A DNA stretch of 64,000 nucleotides from NCBI GenBank assembly GCA_963771355.1, contig CAVYTA010000006.1, forward strand, positions 2,464,001 to 2,528,000, given 5' to 3'. Numbering within the stretch: the first letter of the stretch is position 1; every line of letters starts with the position of its first letter. A program made the position numbers and the translations under genes. The notes beneath the pieces are model-generated. The model was not told where the DNA came from. It ran no database searches and saw nothing but the letters and a program-made list of their open reading frames with translations. This DNA comes from an uncultured Candidatus Rokubacteria bacterium. Its GTDB lineage: Bacteria > Methylomirabilota > Methylomirabilia > Rokubacteriales > CSP1-6. Positions 8,737-17,303 of this stretch are shown here, one piece after another.

Positions 8737-11012
8737 GGGCGGGCGAGCTCCTCGCGGACGCGCGCGGGCGTGAACGGCACCGTGCGGAGGCGCACGCCCG
8801 TGGCGTCGAAGACGGCGTTGGCGATGGCGGCGGGGATAGGGCAGGTCGCCGGCTCCCCCGCCCCGAGCGGCGGCTTGTCCCGGCGGTCGATGAGGACGAT
8901 CTCCACCGCGTCGGGCACTTCGGGAAAGGTGAGGATGGGATAGGCGGCCCAGTCGAGGGCGGTGACGCCGGCGGCGTCGAACGTCACCGACTCCTTGAGC
9001 GTGCGGCTGATGGCCTGGAGCACATTGCCCTCGATCTGGTTGCGCACGCCGTCCGGATTGACGATGAAACCGCAGTCGTGGCCTACCGCCACCCGGCGAA
9101 CGCGGATGGCGCCGCTGGCCCGGTCCACCTCGACCTCCACCACGGTGGCCACATAGGCGTGCTCGCCCTCGTACTGGCAATAGGCGATGCCCCGTCCGCG
9201 GGCGTGGGCCGCGGTCCGCGCGCCGGGCGCCGGGGACGGACGCGCCTGCCAGCCGGCCGCGCGCGCCGCCGCCTCGAGCACCGCCACCGCGCGCGGATCG
9301 CCGAGGTGGCGGAGCCGGAAGCCCAGCGGATCGGCGCCGGCCGCCGCCGCCAGCTCGTCCATGAAGGACTCGTTGGCGAAGGTGTTCTGCGGCGCGCCGA
9401 GCCCGCGCAGCGCCGACACCCGCAGCGGCGCCCGATCCAGGGCGTGCACGACCACGCGGTCGGCGCCGAAGGCATAGCCGTGCTGGGCATTGCGCTCGCC
9501 CCCGACGGCGCGCGGCGGCGGCTCGGGCACGCCCATCTCCTCGCCCGCGAGGAGGTTGCCCGAGCGGCCGCCGGGCCGGCGCGAGTGGGTGGGCGTCCAC
9601 ACCTCGTAGTCCCAGGCGGCGACGCTTTGCCGCGCGTCCAGCGCGCCGCGCACACGCATGAGCATGGCGGGTCCCTTGGGCTCGTGGCCGTGCTCGTCGG
9701 CGCGCATCCACTGCAGGCGCACCGGCCGGCCCACCGCGCGCGAGAGCACCGCGGCGTCGGCGGCCGCGTCGTCGGCGCCGTTGTGGCCGTAGCAGCCGGA
9801 CGCTTCCACGAAGATCACCCGGACTCGCTCGGGCGCCAGGCCGAGGAGCCCGGCCAGGGCGCCCCGCAGCTCGAAGACCCCCTGGCTCCCGGTCCAGATC
9901 GTCGCCTCGCTCGCGCGCACGTCGGCGACACCGCAGGAGGGCCCGATGGAGGCATGCAGCTGGAAGGGCCAGCGGTATTCGGCCTCGAGCGCGTCCGTCG
10001 CCCCGCGGAGGGCGCCCTCCACGTCGCCGCGATTGACCAGCACGCGGGTGGTGGCCGGCGCGCGGCGAAGCGCCTCGTGCAGCGCGGCCGCCGCCGGCAG
10101 CCGCCCCCCGCCGCGCCAGGTGACCACGAGCGCGCGCGCGGCGGCGATGGCCTGCTCCTCGCGCTCACAGACGACGCCGACGAAATCTCCCTGGCGGACT
10201 ATCTGGATGAAACCGGGCACCGACCGCGCCGCGGCGTCGTCCACCGCGGCCACGCGCGCCCCCACCGCCTGGGGCCGGATCACGCGGCCGTGCAGCATGC
10301 CCGGCACCCGCACGTCGTGCACGTAGTTCCAGCTCCCCAGGACCTTGTCCGGGATGTCCAGACGCGGCGCCGACGTCCCCACCACCCGATAGGCCTCGCG
10401 GCTCTTGGTCTGGAAGTCACGCGTCACCGGCCGGTTGAAGCGCCGGCCGCCCACCAGCTCCCCGTAGCTCACGCGCCGGGAGGGATCGTGCGCCACGCTC
10501 ACCATGCCATCGCGCGTCACCAGCTGATCGACCGAGGTGGACAGGCGCACCGAAGCGAGAAGGCGCAGCGTGTACCGCGCGTCGGCGGCCGCCTGCCGGA
10601 TGGCCGGCGCCCCCCGCTGCAGCGTCTTGCTGCCGACCGTGCCGCCCTGGTCCGGCGTGCGCGCGGTGTCGCCCTGGACCACGCTCATGCGCGACACCGC
10701 CACGTCCAGCTCCTCGGCGGCGATCTGCGCCAGGGCCGTCGAGACCCCGGTGCCCAGCTCCACCTTGCCGGTGAAGAGCGTGACCTCGCCGTCGGGGGCG
10801 ATCGCGATCCAGGCGTCGATCTGCCCGGGCGGGATCGCCTGGCCGGGCGACGCCGTCTGGCCGGGCAGCATCGGCTGGTCCTCGCCGACGCGAGGCGACT
10901 GTGCGTGCCCGTCGGCCGGGATCGCGAACGCCACCAGGAGCGCGCCCGCCGACTGGAGCAGCGCCCGCCGCGAGATGCCGGCGACCGGGACGTCGGGGGA
11001 GCGCGCGCTCAC
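8733..11012 (-). CDS. Xanthine oxidase-family molybdopterin-binding subunit (IorB/aldehyde oxidoreductase-like) with Tat signal
   Basis: 'SRRALL' Tat motif; 'GKVELGTG', 'SGCYGHNG', 'LRGLGAPQN', 'GAGEP'; GTG start overlaps upstream stop. Confidence 0.92.
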   Translation of the reverse strand: MSARSPDVPVAGISRRALLQSAGALLVAFAIPADGHAQSPRVGEDQPMLPGQTASPGQAIPPGQIDAWIAIAPDGEVTLFTGKVELGTGVSTALAQIAAEELDVAVSRMSVVQGDTARTPDQGGTVGSKTLQRGAPAIRQAAADARYTLRLLASVRLSTSVDQLVTRDGMVSVAHDPSRRVSYGELVGGRRFNRPVTRDFQTKSREAYRVVGTSAPRLDIPDKVLGSWNYVHDVRVPGMLHGRVIRPQAVGARVAAVDDAAARSVPGFIQIVRQGDFVGVVCEREEQAIAAARALVVTWRGGGRLPAAAALHEALRRAPATTRVLVNRGDVEGALRGATDALEAEYRWPFQLHASIGPSCGVADVRASEATIWTGSQGVFELRGALAGLLGLAPERVRVIFVEASGCYGHNGADDAAADAAVLSRAVGRPVRLQWMRADEHGHEPKGPAMLMRVRGALDARQSVAAWDYEVWTPTHSRRPGGRSGNLLAGEEMGVPEPPPRAVGGERNAQHGYAFGADRVVVHALDRAPLRVSALRGLGAPQNTFANESFMDELAAAAGADPLGFRLRHLGDPRAVAVLEAAARAAGWQARPSPAPGARTAAHARGRGIAYCQYEGEHAYVATVVEVEVDRASGAIRVRRVAVGHDCGFIVNPDGVRNQIEGNVLQAISRTLKESVTFDAAGVTALDWAAYPILTFPEVPDAVEIVLIDRRDKPPLGAGEPATCPIPAAIANAVFDATGVRLRTVPFTPARVREELARP

Positions 11013-11464
11013 GAGACCACTCCCGCCGCCTGCCGGATCGCGCGGAGGATGCGCAGGTGCGTGCCGCAGCGGCAGAGATTGCCGGCGAGCGCGCCGCGCA
11101 GCTCGCCCTCGTCGGGCTTCGGGTTCGAGGCGAGGAGCGCCGCCGCGGTCATGATCATGCCGTTGATGCAGAAGCCGCACTGGACGGCCTGGGCGTCGAT
11201 GAAGGCCTGCTGCAACGGATGGGGCTGCGCCGGCGTTCCCAGGCCTTCCAGCGTGGTGACGGCCGCCGACGCCACCGCGGAGACCGGCATGCCGCACGAG
11301 CGCACCGCGCGGCCGTCCACGTGCACGGTGCACGCGCCGCACTGGGAGAGCCCGCAGCCGAAGCGGGGACCGCGGAGGCCCAGCTCGTTACGCAGCACGT
11401 AGAGGAGCGGCGTGTCGGGCGCCGCCGCCACCGGGTGTCGCTTGCCGTTGACCGTGATCTCGAT
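11009..11464 (-). CDS. (2Fe-2S)-binding small subunit (CoxS/IorA-like); start non-canonical or uncertain
   Basis: 'GCGLSQCGACTV', 'QCGFC', 'NLCRCG'; conserved 'ITVNG' lies upstream of the first GTG (11431). Confidence 0.9.
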   Translation of the reverse strand: MEITVNGKRHPVAAAPDTPLLYVLRNELGLRGPRFGCGLSQCGACTVHVDGRAVRSCGMPVSAVASAAVTTLEGLGTPAQPHPLQQAFIDAQAVQCGFCINGMIMTAAALLASNPKPDEGELRGALAGNLCRCGTHLRILRAIRQAAGVVS

Positions 11465-11506
11465 GCCGCGCGTCTCCGCCGAGCCTGAGCCTGGTACCCG
11501 TCGGTC

Positions 11507-12559
11507 CTAGTACCGGTCGATGACGGTGACGCCGACGGTGGCGAAGCTGTCCATCGAGGCCAGCACGCTCCCCGCCTCTTCCAGCGGCACCGTCCGGCTC
11601 ACCAGCTTGCCGGGCGCCAGCTTGCCCGACTGCACCATCTGGAGCATGGCGTCGAACCGCGGCGCCGGCATGCCGTAGGAGCCGATCAGGCTCGCCTCCT
11701 TGAGGACGAGGAGGTCGATGGGGATGGGCACCATGCCCTTCTCCGCCGAGGAGGTGAGCCCGATCTGCAGATGCCGGCCCTGCTTCCGCAGGGACATCAC
11801 CGAGGCCTGGCAGGTGGCGGCCACGCCGAGGGCATCCACCGACACGTGGACACCCCCGCCGGTGAGATCGGCGATGGCCTTGACGGCGTTGTCGGTCCGG
11901 GCGTTCACGGTGGCCACCGCGCCCAGCGACTTGGCCAGGGCGAGCTTGTCGTCCGTGATGTCCACGCCGATCACATTGGCGCCCAGCGCGGTGGCGATCT
12001 GCACCGCCGAGAGCCCGATGCCGCCGCAGCCGTGCACGGCCACCCACTCGCCGGCCCGGACCTGGGCCCGGTCCACGAGGGCGTGGAAGGACGTCATGTA
12101 GCGGCAGCCCATGCTCGCCGCCTCGGTGAAGCCGATGGAGTCCGGCAGCGGCACCAGGTTCACGTCGGCGAAGGGCACACCCACCAGCCGCCCGAACCCG
12201 CCCCAGTAGGCGATGCCCGGTGTCACCCGCATGTCGCAGAGGTGCGGCTGGCCGGCGCGGCAATAGTCGCAGTGGCCCTCGCCCTGGCTGAACGGCACCA
12301 GCACGCGCTGCCCGCGGCGGACGCGCGCGACGCCGTCGCCTACCTCCTCCACTACGCCGCAGAATTCGTGCCCGAGCACATGGGGAAAGTTCAGCTTGAG
12401 GCCGAACCAGCTCCAGTCCCCGACCCAGGCATGCCAGTCGCTGCGACAAATCCCGTTGGCCTCCACGCGGACAACGGCGCCCCCGGGGAAGATCTTCGGA
12501 TCCGGCATCTCGCGTACGGCCAGTGGCTTCCGGATCTCCTCCATCACGGCGGCTTTCAT
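11507..12559 (-). CDS. Zinc-dependent alcohol dehydrogenase (MDR family)
   Basis: 'GICRSD', 'GHEFCG', 'GCGGIG'. Confidence 0.93.
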   Translation of the reverse strand: MKAAVMEEIRKPLAVREMPDPKIFPGGAVVRVEANGICRSDWHAWVGDWSWFGLKLNFPHVLGHEFCGVVEEVGDGVARVRRGQRVLVPFSQGEGHCDYCRAGQPHLCDMRVTPGIAYWGGFGRLVGVPFADVNLVPLPDSIGFTEAASMGCRYMTSFHALVDRAQVRAGEWVAVHGCGGIGLSAVQIATALGANVIGVDITDDKLALAKSLGAVATVNARTDNAVKAIADLTGGGVHVSVDALGVAATCQASVMSLRKQGRHLQIGLTSSAEKGMVPIPIDLLVLKEASLIGSYGMPAPRFDAMLQMVQSGKLAPGKLVSRTVPLEEAGSVLASMDSFATVGVTVIDRY

Positions 12560-12590
12560 GGTGCGGTCTCCCCCGACCGGTAACGGGCGC

Positions 12591-13061
12591 TCAGTCGAGC
12601 CCCCAGGTGAAGACATGAGTGGGCGTCAGCTCGATCATCACGGAGTCGTCATCTCCGAGCGCGGCCTCGAGGGGATACTGCGGGTACTTGGCGTACAGCA
12701 GCCGGCGGATGCGACGGAAGCGGGGCCCGCGCTCGATGAGCGCCGCCGTCCCCTGCACCATCACGCCGCGCAGCGCGTCCCAATCCTCGCTGTAGTGGTC
12801 CACCGTCAACGCGAGCTCCGGGTTGGCGCGCAGGTTCAGCACCTTGCGCCCGTCGGTGCCCGAACCGAAATAGATCTTCCCGCCGTCGAGCACGTGGCAG
12901 ACGGGCACCAGGTGCGGCATTCCCGTGCCGCCGACGGTGGCGATCCGGCACACGCGCTCCCACCGAATGAGCTTGGCGGCGGCCTTGGGCAACCGGACCG
13001 GCTTGAGGGCCCGGGGCCGCGGCGACGCTGGCCGTCGCGTGCGTCGCCGCGTGCGCGCCAT
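12591..13061 (-). CDS. Pyridoxamine 5'-phosphate oxidase-like (PPOX class, possibly F420-binding) protein
   Basis: 'PHLVPVC', 'KVLNLRANP..ALTVDHYSEDW'. Confidence 0.85.
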   Translation of the reverse strand: MARTRRRTRRPASPRPRALKPVRLPKAAAKLIRWERVCRIATVGGTGMPHLVPVCHVLDGGKIYFGSGTDGRKVLNLRANPELALTVDHYSEDWDALRGVMVQGTAALIERGPRFRRIRRLLYAKYPQYPLEAALGDDDSVMIELTPTHVFTWGLD

Positions 13062-13230
13062 CAGGCCGCTCCCCCCGGCTCGCGCATCGCACGCGGTGCC
13101 GTGTAGGCAAGCGGCTCTGAGGGCAGGACGAGGGACGCCTCGTCCAGTCCGGGGGGCCAGTCCACATTCCGGGGTCTCGTCATGGCGGCGGCAGGGGACG
13201 ACGGAATGCTAGGCGTCCCGGCCAGTACTG

Positions 13231-13482
13231 TCAATGCCCGGAGGTCGCGCGCCCTCCGCGCAGCTTGGCGAGGAGACTCCAGAGCGAGACCAGCGCCCAC
13301 ACGCCTTCCAGCAGCACGAAGCCCCACTGCTGCCCGTGCCAGGCGTCCACCGTGAGGACGATCGAGCCCACGAGGTTCGGCCACAGGTATCCGTAGGAGT
13401 CGGGCTTGAGCAGCCGGAACTGCGCGAGCACGAAGGCCACCAGGATGAGGATGGCGCCGGCGATCTGGACGGGTTGGCCCAT
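13231..13482 (-). CDS. Small membrane protein (CBU_0592-like)
   Basis: 'QIAGAILILVAF..Q', 'QWGFVLLEGVWAL'. Confidence 0.75.
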   Translation of the reverse strand: MGQPVQIAGAILILVAFVLAQFRLLKPDSYGYLWPNLVGSIVLTVDAWHGQQWGFVLLEGVWALVSLWSLLAKLRGGRATSGH

Positions 13483-13518
13483 CGGATGCGGGATGCGCTC
13501 AGGATGAGTCGGGTCGGG

Positions 13519-14052
13519 TCATGGTGCTCGGTATCGTCTCACCAGCCAGGCCGCCGTCACCAGGATCGCGAGCGGCAGCCAGATCCACCTGGCCTCACTC
13601 GCGAGCGTTTGCAGGCCGCGCTCGGTGAGGAATCCCCGCCAGAGGGGTGAGACGCGGATCGGACGCCAGGGGAAGAAGTAGCGCGTGTCGTCGAAGGGCG
13701 CGAGGAAGGCCACGCCGGGGCCGCCGTCGGTCAGGGCGTCGAGGATGCCATGCGAGGCCATGGCGATCGCGAGGAGGCCCCAGCACCCGGAGAAACGGAG
13801 GCCGGTCCCTCGATGCGCGAGGGCGGCCACGCCCAGGCTCACCAGGACGGCGGCGGTCAGCGAGTGCGTGAGCCCGCGATGCGCCCAGGGCGAGCCCCAC
13901 GGGATGCCCAGCGGCCAGGCCAGCACATCCAGGTCGGGAAGCATCGCCAGCCCGGCGGCGAGAAACCAGAGACGCCAGGGCAGGCGGTGGAAGCGCGTGA
14001 GCACGCGACCGAGGCCCCAGGCCACCACGGCGTGCGTCATGATGGTGGGCAT
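13519..14052 (-). CDS. YdjM-like membrane metal-dependent hydrolase
   Basis: 'MLPDLD', 'HRGLTHS', 'SHGILDALTDGG.GV', 'RYFFPWRPI.VSP'. Confidence 0.9.
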   Translation of the reverse strand: MPTIMTHAVVAWGLGRVLTRFHRLPWRLWFLAAGLAMLPDLDVLAWPLGIPWGSPWAHRGLTHSLTAAVLVSLGVAALAHRGTGLRFSGCWGLLAIAMASHGILDALTDGGPGVAFLAPFDDTRYFFPWRPIRVSPLWRGFLTERGLQTLASEARWIWLPLAILVTAAWLVRRYRAP

Positions 14053-14082
14053 CGGCGCTAGAATATCAGCCCGGGCCCGACC

Positions 14083-14757
14083 ATGACCCCTTCCGCGACC
14101 TTTACCGCCGAGCTGTGGCGCTCCATCGCGCCGATCTACGCCGCCATCCTCCGCCACCCCTTCGTGGCGGGGCTCACCGACGGCTCGCTCCCGCGGGAGT
14201 CCTTCCAGTTCTATGCCGTCCAGGACGCGCTCTACCTCCGCGACTTCGCCCGGGCGCTCTCGATCGCCGCCGCCCGCGCCCCCCAGGACGACTGGATCAT
14301 CATGTTCAACGAGCACGCGGCGGGTGCGCTGAAGGTGGAGCGAGCGCTGCACGAGGGGTTCTTTGCCGAGTTCGGCCTGTCCTCGGAGGCGGTGGCGGCC
14401 ACGCCGCCGGCCCCCACCAACCTCGCCTATACGAGCTACCTGCTGGCGGTCGCGTACGGTGCGCCGTTTCACGAGAACATGGCCGCGCTGCTCCCCTGCT
14501 ACTGGATCTACTGGGAGGTGGGCAAGGAGCTGGAGCGGCGCGGCTCGCCCGATCCGCTCTTCACGCGCTGGATCGGCACCTACGCCTCGGGCGAGTTCGG
14601 CGCGCTGGTGGAGGCGGTGCTGGCCGCCACCAACGCCATGGCCGCCCGCGTCGGCGAGCCCGAGCGGGACGCGATGCGCCGTCACTTCCTCGCCACCAGC
14701 CGCTACGAGTGGATGTTCTGGGACATGGGCTGGCGGCGCGAGGCCTGGCCCGTCTAG
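14083..14757 (+). CDS. tenA: Thiaminase II / TenA
   Basis: 'HPFV', 'YAVQDALYL', 'LLPCYWIY', 'YEWMFWD'. Confidence 0.92.
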   Translation: MTPSATFTAELWRSIAPIYAAILRHPFVAGLTDGSLPRESFQFYAVQDALYLRDFARALSIAAARAPQDDWIIMFNEHAAGALKVERALHEGFFAEFGLSSEAVAATPPAPTNLAYTSYLLAVAYGAPFHENMAALLPCYWIYWEVGKELERRGSPDPLFTRWIGTYASGEFGALVEAVLAATNAMAARVGEPERDAMRRHFLATSRYEWMFWDMGWRREAWPV

Positions 14758-14770
14758 CGCCCGCGCCCGC

Positions 14771-15313
14771 TCAGAACCGCTGGTGCTCCACGAAGGCCGC
14801 CAGGTCCATGGCGGAATAGAAGACGAGCCGGACGTCGCGCAGGCTCCCGGGAGCGGCCAGGGCCTCGGCGAGCGCGGCGGAGGCGACGGCCGCCGCTTCG
14901 GCGCGCGGGTAACCGAACACCCCGGTGGAGATGGCGGGAAAGGCGAGGGACTCGAAGCTTCGCTCCTGCGCCAGCACGATCGATCGCCGATAGCACGCCG
15001 CCAGGAGATCGGCCTCCTGCCCGGCGTGCCGGCCATAGATCGGCCCCACCGTGTGGATGACGTAGCGCGCGGGAAGTCGCCCCCCCGACGTGAGGGCGAC
15101 CTCGCCGGTGGGAAGACCCGACGGAAAGGTCGTCCGGCGCAGGGCCTGGCACTCGGCGAGGATCTGGGGCCCGCCCTGCGCATGAATGGCGCCGTCCACG
15201 CCGCCGCCGCCGAGCAACGACGAGTTCGCCGCGTTCACGATGGCGTCGACCCGCTCCGCCGTGATGTCGCCGAACTTGGCCGTGACGAGCCCCGCGAGGT
15301 AGGTGTGCGGCAT
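14771..15313 (-). CDS. Macro-domain O-acetyl-ADP-ribose deacetylase (YmdB-like)
   Basis: 'GDIT..VDAIVNAANSSLLGGGGVDGAIH', 'AFPAISTGVFGYP'. Confidence 0.93.
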   Translation of the reverse strand: MPHTYLAGLVTAKFGDITAERVDAIVNAANSSLLGGGGVDGAIHAQGGPQILAECQALRRTTFPSGLPTGEVALTSGGRLPARYVIHTVGPIYGRHAGQEADLLAACYRRSIVLAQERSFESLAFPAISTGVFGYPRAEAAAVASAALAEALAAPGSLRDVRLVFYSAMDLAAFVEHQRF

Positions 15314-15351
15314 GCGCCTACTCGCCCGCGCGAATCTCCAGGGCTAAGCGG

Positions 15352-15801
15352 TCACGACATGGTGGCCAGGTATGCCTGGAGCCGGTCAAAGTTTTCCTCA
15401 TTTGCCTCCGTGATGAAACCCTTCACCTTCACCGCCTCCGCCCCTGAATCGAAGAGCATCGACCAGGTGAGCTCCGTCTTCCCGGAATGCTCCGCAAAGG
15501 TCATCGTCATCCGAAACCCGTGCATGGGGTCCCGGTGCTGAAGCACGATCCGATCCGGCTTCACGACCTCGACGAAGTCTTTCGCGATGTCGTACTCGAC
15601 TCCGTCGGGGCCATGCATCACGAAGCGCCAGGCGCCGCCGGGACACAGATCGAACTCGCGGAACGTGTTGGTAAAGCCCTTTGGCCCCCACCAGTGCACG
15701 AGGTGGTCCGGATTGCTGAACGCCTCGAACACGAGCTCACGCGGGGCGGCGAACACCCGCCGGCTCACGATTTCACCGCGGGCAGCCTCGGTGTCAGCCA
15801 T
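15352..15801 (-). CDS. SRPBCC/AHSA1 family protein
   Basis: 'RVFAAPRELVF', 'WWGPKGFTNT', 'GGAWRFVMHGPDG'. Confidence 0.9.
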   Translation of the reverse strand: MADTEAARGEIVSRRVFAAPRELVFEAFSNPDHLVHWWGPKGFTNTFREFDLCPGGAWRFVMHGPDGVEYDIAKDFVEVVKPDRIVLQHRDPMHGFRMTMTFAEHSGKTELTWSMLFDSGAEAVKVKGFITEANEENFDRLQAYLATMS

Positions 15802-15816
15802 GCGCGCCCGAGCCTT

Positions 15817-16374
15817 TCACAGATTCTGCGGCTTGAACTTCCGGCGGAAGCTGACGGACTTCCCGGAGACCATGAACACGCCACCGCCCCGGTAGTGCAG
15901 CGTGCGCGGGTACTTGGGCGTGACCGGCGCGTGCGCCTTGACCACCTCGAGGATGAAGAACGAATATTTGCGCAGCAGCCGGGCGTCGGCGACCCGGCAT
16001 TCGAGGTTCGCGTGACACTCCGCGATCAGCGGCGCTCGGACCTTGGTGGCGGGGAGGGCGGTGAGTCCGAACTTCGCGAACTTGTCGACGTCGCGACCCG
16101 AGGAGTTCCCGATCCCGACCACCTCGTCGGCCAGGTCCACCGTCGGAATGTTGATCACGCACTCCTTGCTCCGCCGGATCATCTCGTAGCTGTGGTTCTC
16201 GGGCCAGATATAGCATCCGATCAAGGCCGGCGAGAAGCTCATCATCGTGTGCCAGCCCATCGTCATGATATTGGTGCGGCCCTTCCAGGCAGAGCTCACG
16301 AGCACGATCGGCCCTGGCTCGACGAAGCGCCGGATCTCCTCGAGGTCAAAGTTGCGCTTGGTGTACGCCCTCAT
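15817..16374 (-). CDS. Flavin reductase family protein
   Basis: 'EPGPIVLVSS', 'NIMTMGWH', 'APLIAECHANLEC'. Confidence 0.9.
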   Translation of the reverse strand: MRAYTKRNFDLEEIRRFVEPGPIVLVSSAWKGRTNIMTMGWHTMMSFSPALIGCYIWPENHSYEMIRRSKECVINIPTVDLADEVVGIGNSSGRDVDKFAKFGLTALPATKVRAPLIAECHANLECRVADARLLRKYSFFILEVVKAHAPVTPKYPRTLHYRGGGVFMVSGKSVSFRRKFKPQNL

Positions 16375-16392
16375 GGGGCTTCGCACCACATG

Positions 16393-16890
16393 CTACCCCC
16401 CATAGGCCCGCTTCAGCTCCGCGATGTCGAGCTTCTTCATTCGAAGCATTGCTTCCATGGCTCTCCCGGACTTCTCCGAATCGGGATCGGTGATCATCTC
16501 GACCAAGGCCCGGGGGACGACCTGCCAGGACACGCCGTATCGGTCCTTGAGCCAGCCGCACTGCTGGGCCTTGACGTCACCACCCTCGGAGAGCTTCTCC
16601 CAGTAGTAGTCCACTTCCGCCTGCGTCTCGCAATTGACCTGGAACGAGATGGCCTCGTTGAACTTGAACACCGGGCCCCCGTTGAGTGCGGTGAATGCCT
16701 GCCCCTCAAGCTCAAAGGCCACGGTCATGACCGTTCCCGCCGGGCGTCCGTGGACCTCATGTCCCGCTTTTCCGTACCGCGCGACGGTTACGATCTTTGA
16801 ATTCTTGAAGATGCCGGTATAGAACCTGGCGGCCTCTTCGGCTTGATCGTCAAACCACAAGCATGGGGCAATCTTTTGAATGACTTGCAT
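16393..16890 (-). CDS. VOC/PhnB-like (3-dmu-9_3-mt family) protein
   Basis: 'CLWFDDQAEEAA', 'ALNGGP', 'CGWLKDRYGVSWQ'; AGGAGG RBS. Confidence 0.92.
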   Translation of the reverse strand: MQVIQKIAPCLWFDDQAEEAARFYTGIFKNSKIVTVARYGKAGHEVHGRPAGTVMTVAFELEGQAFTALNGGPVFKFNEAISFQVNCETQAEVDYYWEKLSEGGDVKAQQCGWLKDRYGVSWQVVPRALVEMITDPDSEKSGRAMEAMLRMKKLDIAELKRAYGG

Positions 16891-16986
16891 GGTATGCCTC
16901 CTGTTCGGGTTCGGCCTCGGATCGAGGTCTCTACCGCTAGTCGTTCGAGGAAGCAGAGATCGACACATCCAGATCGACGGGCGACC

Positions 16987-17013
16987 CGTCCGCTCGACTT
17001 CGAGTCAGGCGTG
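16987..17013 (-). repeat. Degenerate attC left arm (R''-L'' remnant)
   Basis: Minus strand GCCTGAC-TCGAAG-TCGAGCGGAC overlapping the stop codon; CAGGCGTG here matches the gene's 5' end (17263-17270). Confidence 0.4.
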
Positions 17014-17265
17014 GCCACTGGAGCGACCGCGATCGCGCCGGCGATGCGCAAGCCAGGCGGCGAGGCCGCTCAGCAGGACAAGCCAGGTCACGTACACCAC
17101 CCCGAGCAACCCACCCGCCATGACCCAGAAGCCCGCGTCGGGTGCCTCCGCGTGCGCTTGAAGCAGCAGCCAGCCGATGGGTAGGTAGCGGTCGATGTGA
17201 GGGCCGATCCACGGGGTCAACAAAGCGGCAAGAAGCGCCAGCCACCAACGGTGAACCCGCATCAC
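17005..17265 (-). CDS. Small hypothetical membrane protein (relic cassette)
   Basis: 86 aa, two hydrophobic segments. Confidence 0.6.
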   Translation of the reverse strand: MMRVHRWWLALLAALLTPWIGPHIDRYLPIGWLLLQAHAEAPDAGFWVMAGGLLGVVYVTWLVLLSGLAAWLAHRRRDRGRSSGHA

Positions 17266-17303
17266 GCCTGGTCAGCCGACACCCCGATCCTCAGCTTGCC
17301 GCG

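Noticed and set aside
8706..11402. 898-aa plus-strand ORF and many similar long antisense ORFs
   Set aside because: Shadow ORFs of high-GC genes on the opposite strand; Arg/Ala/Gly-rich with no motifs
13061..13183. 40-aa ORF overlapping the PPOX gene start
   Set aside because: No RBS, motif or other support; cannot be distinguished from chance
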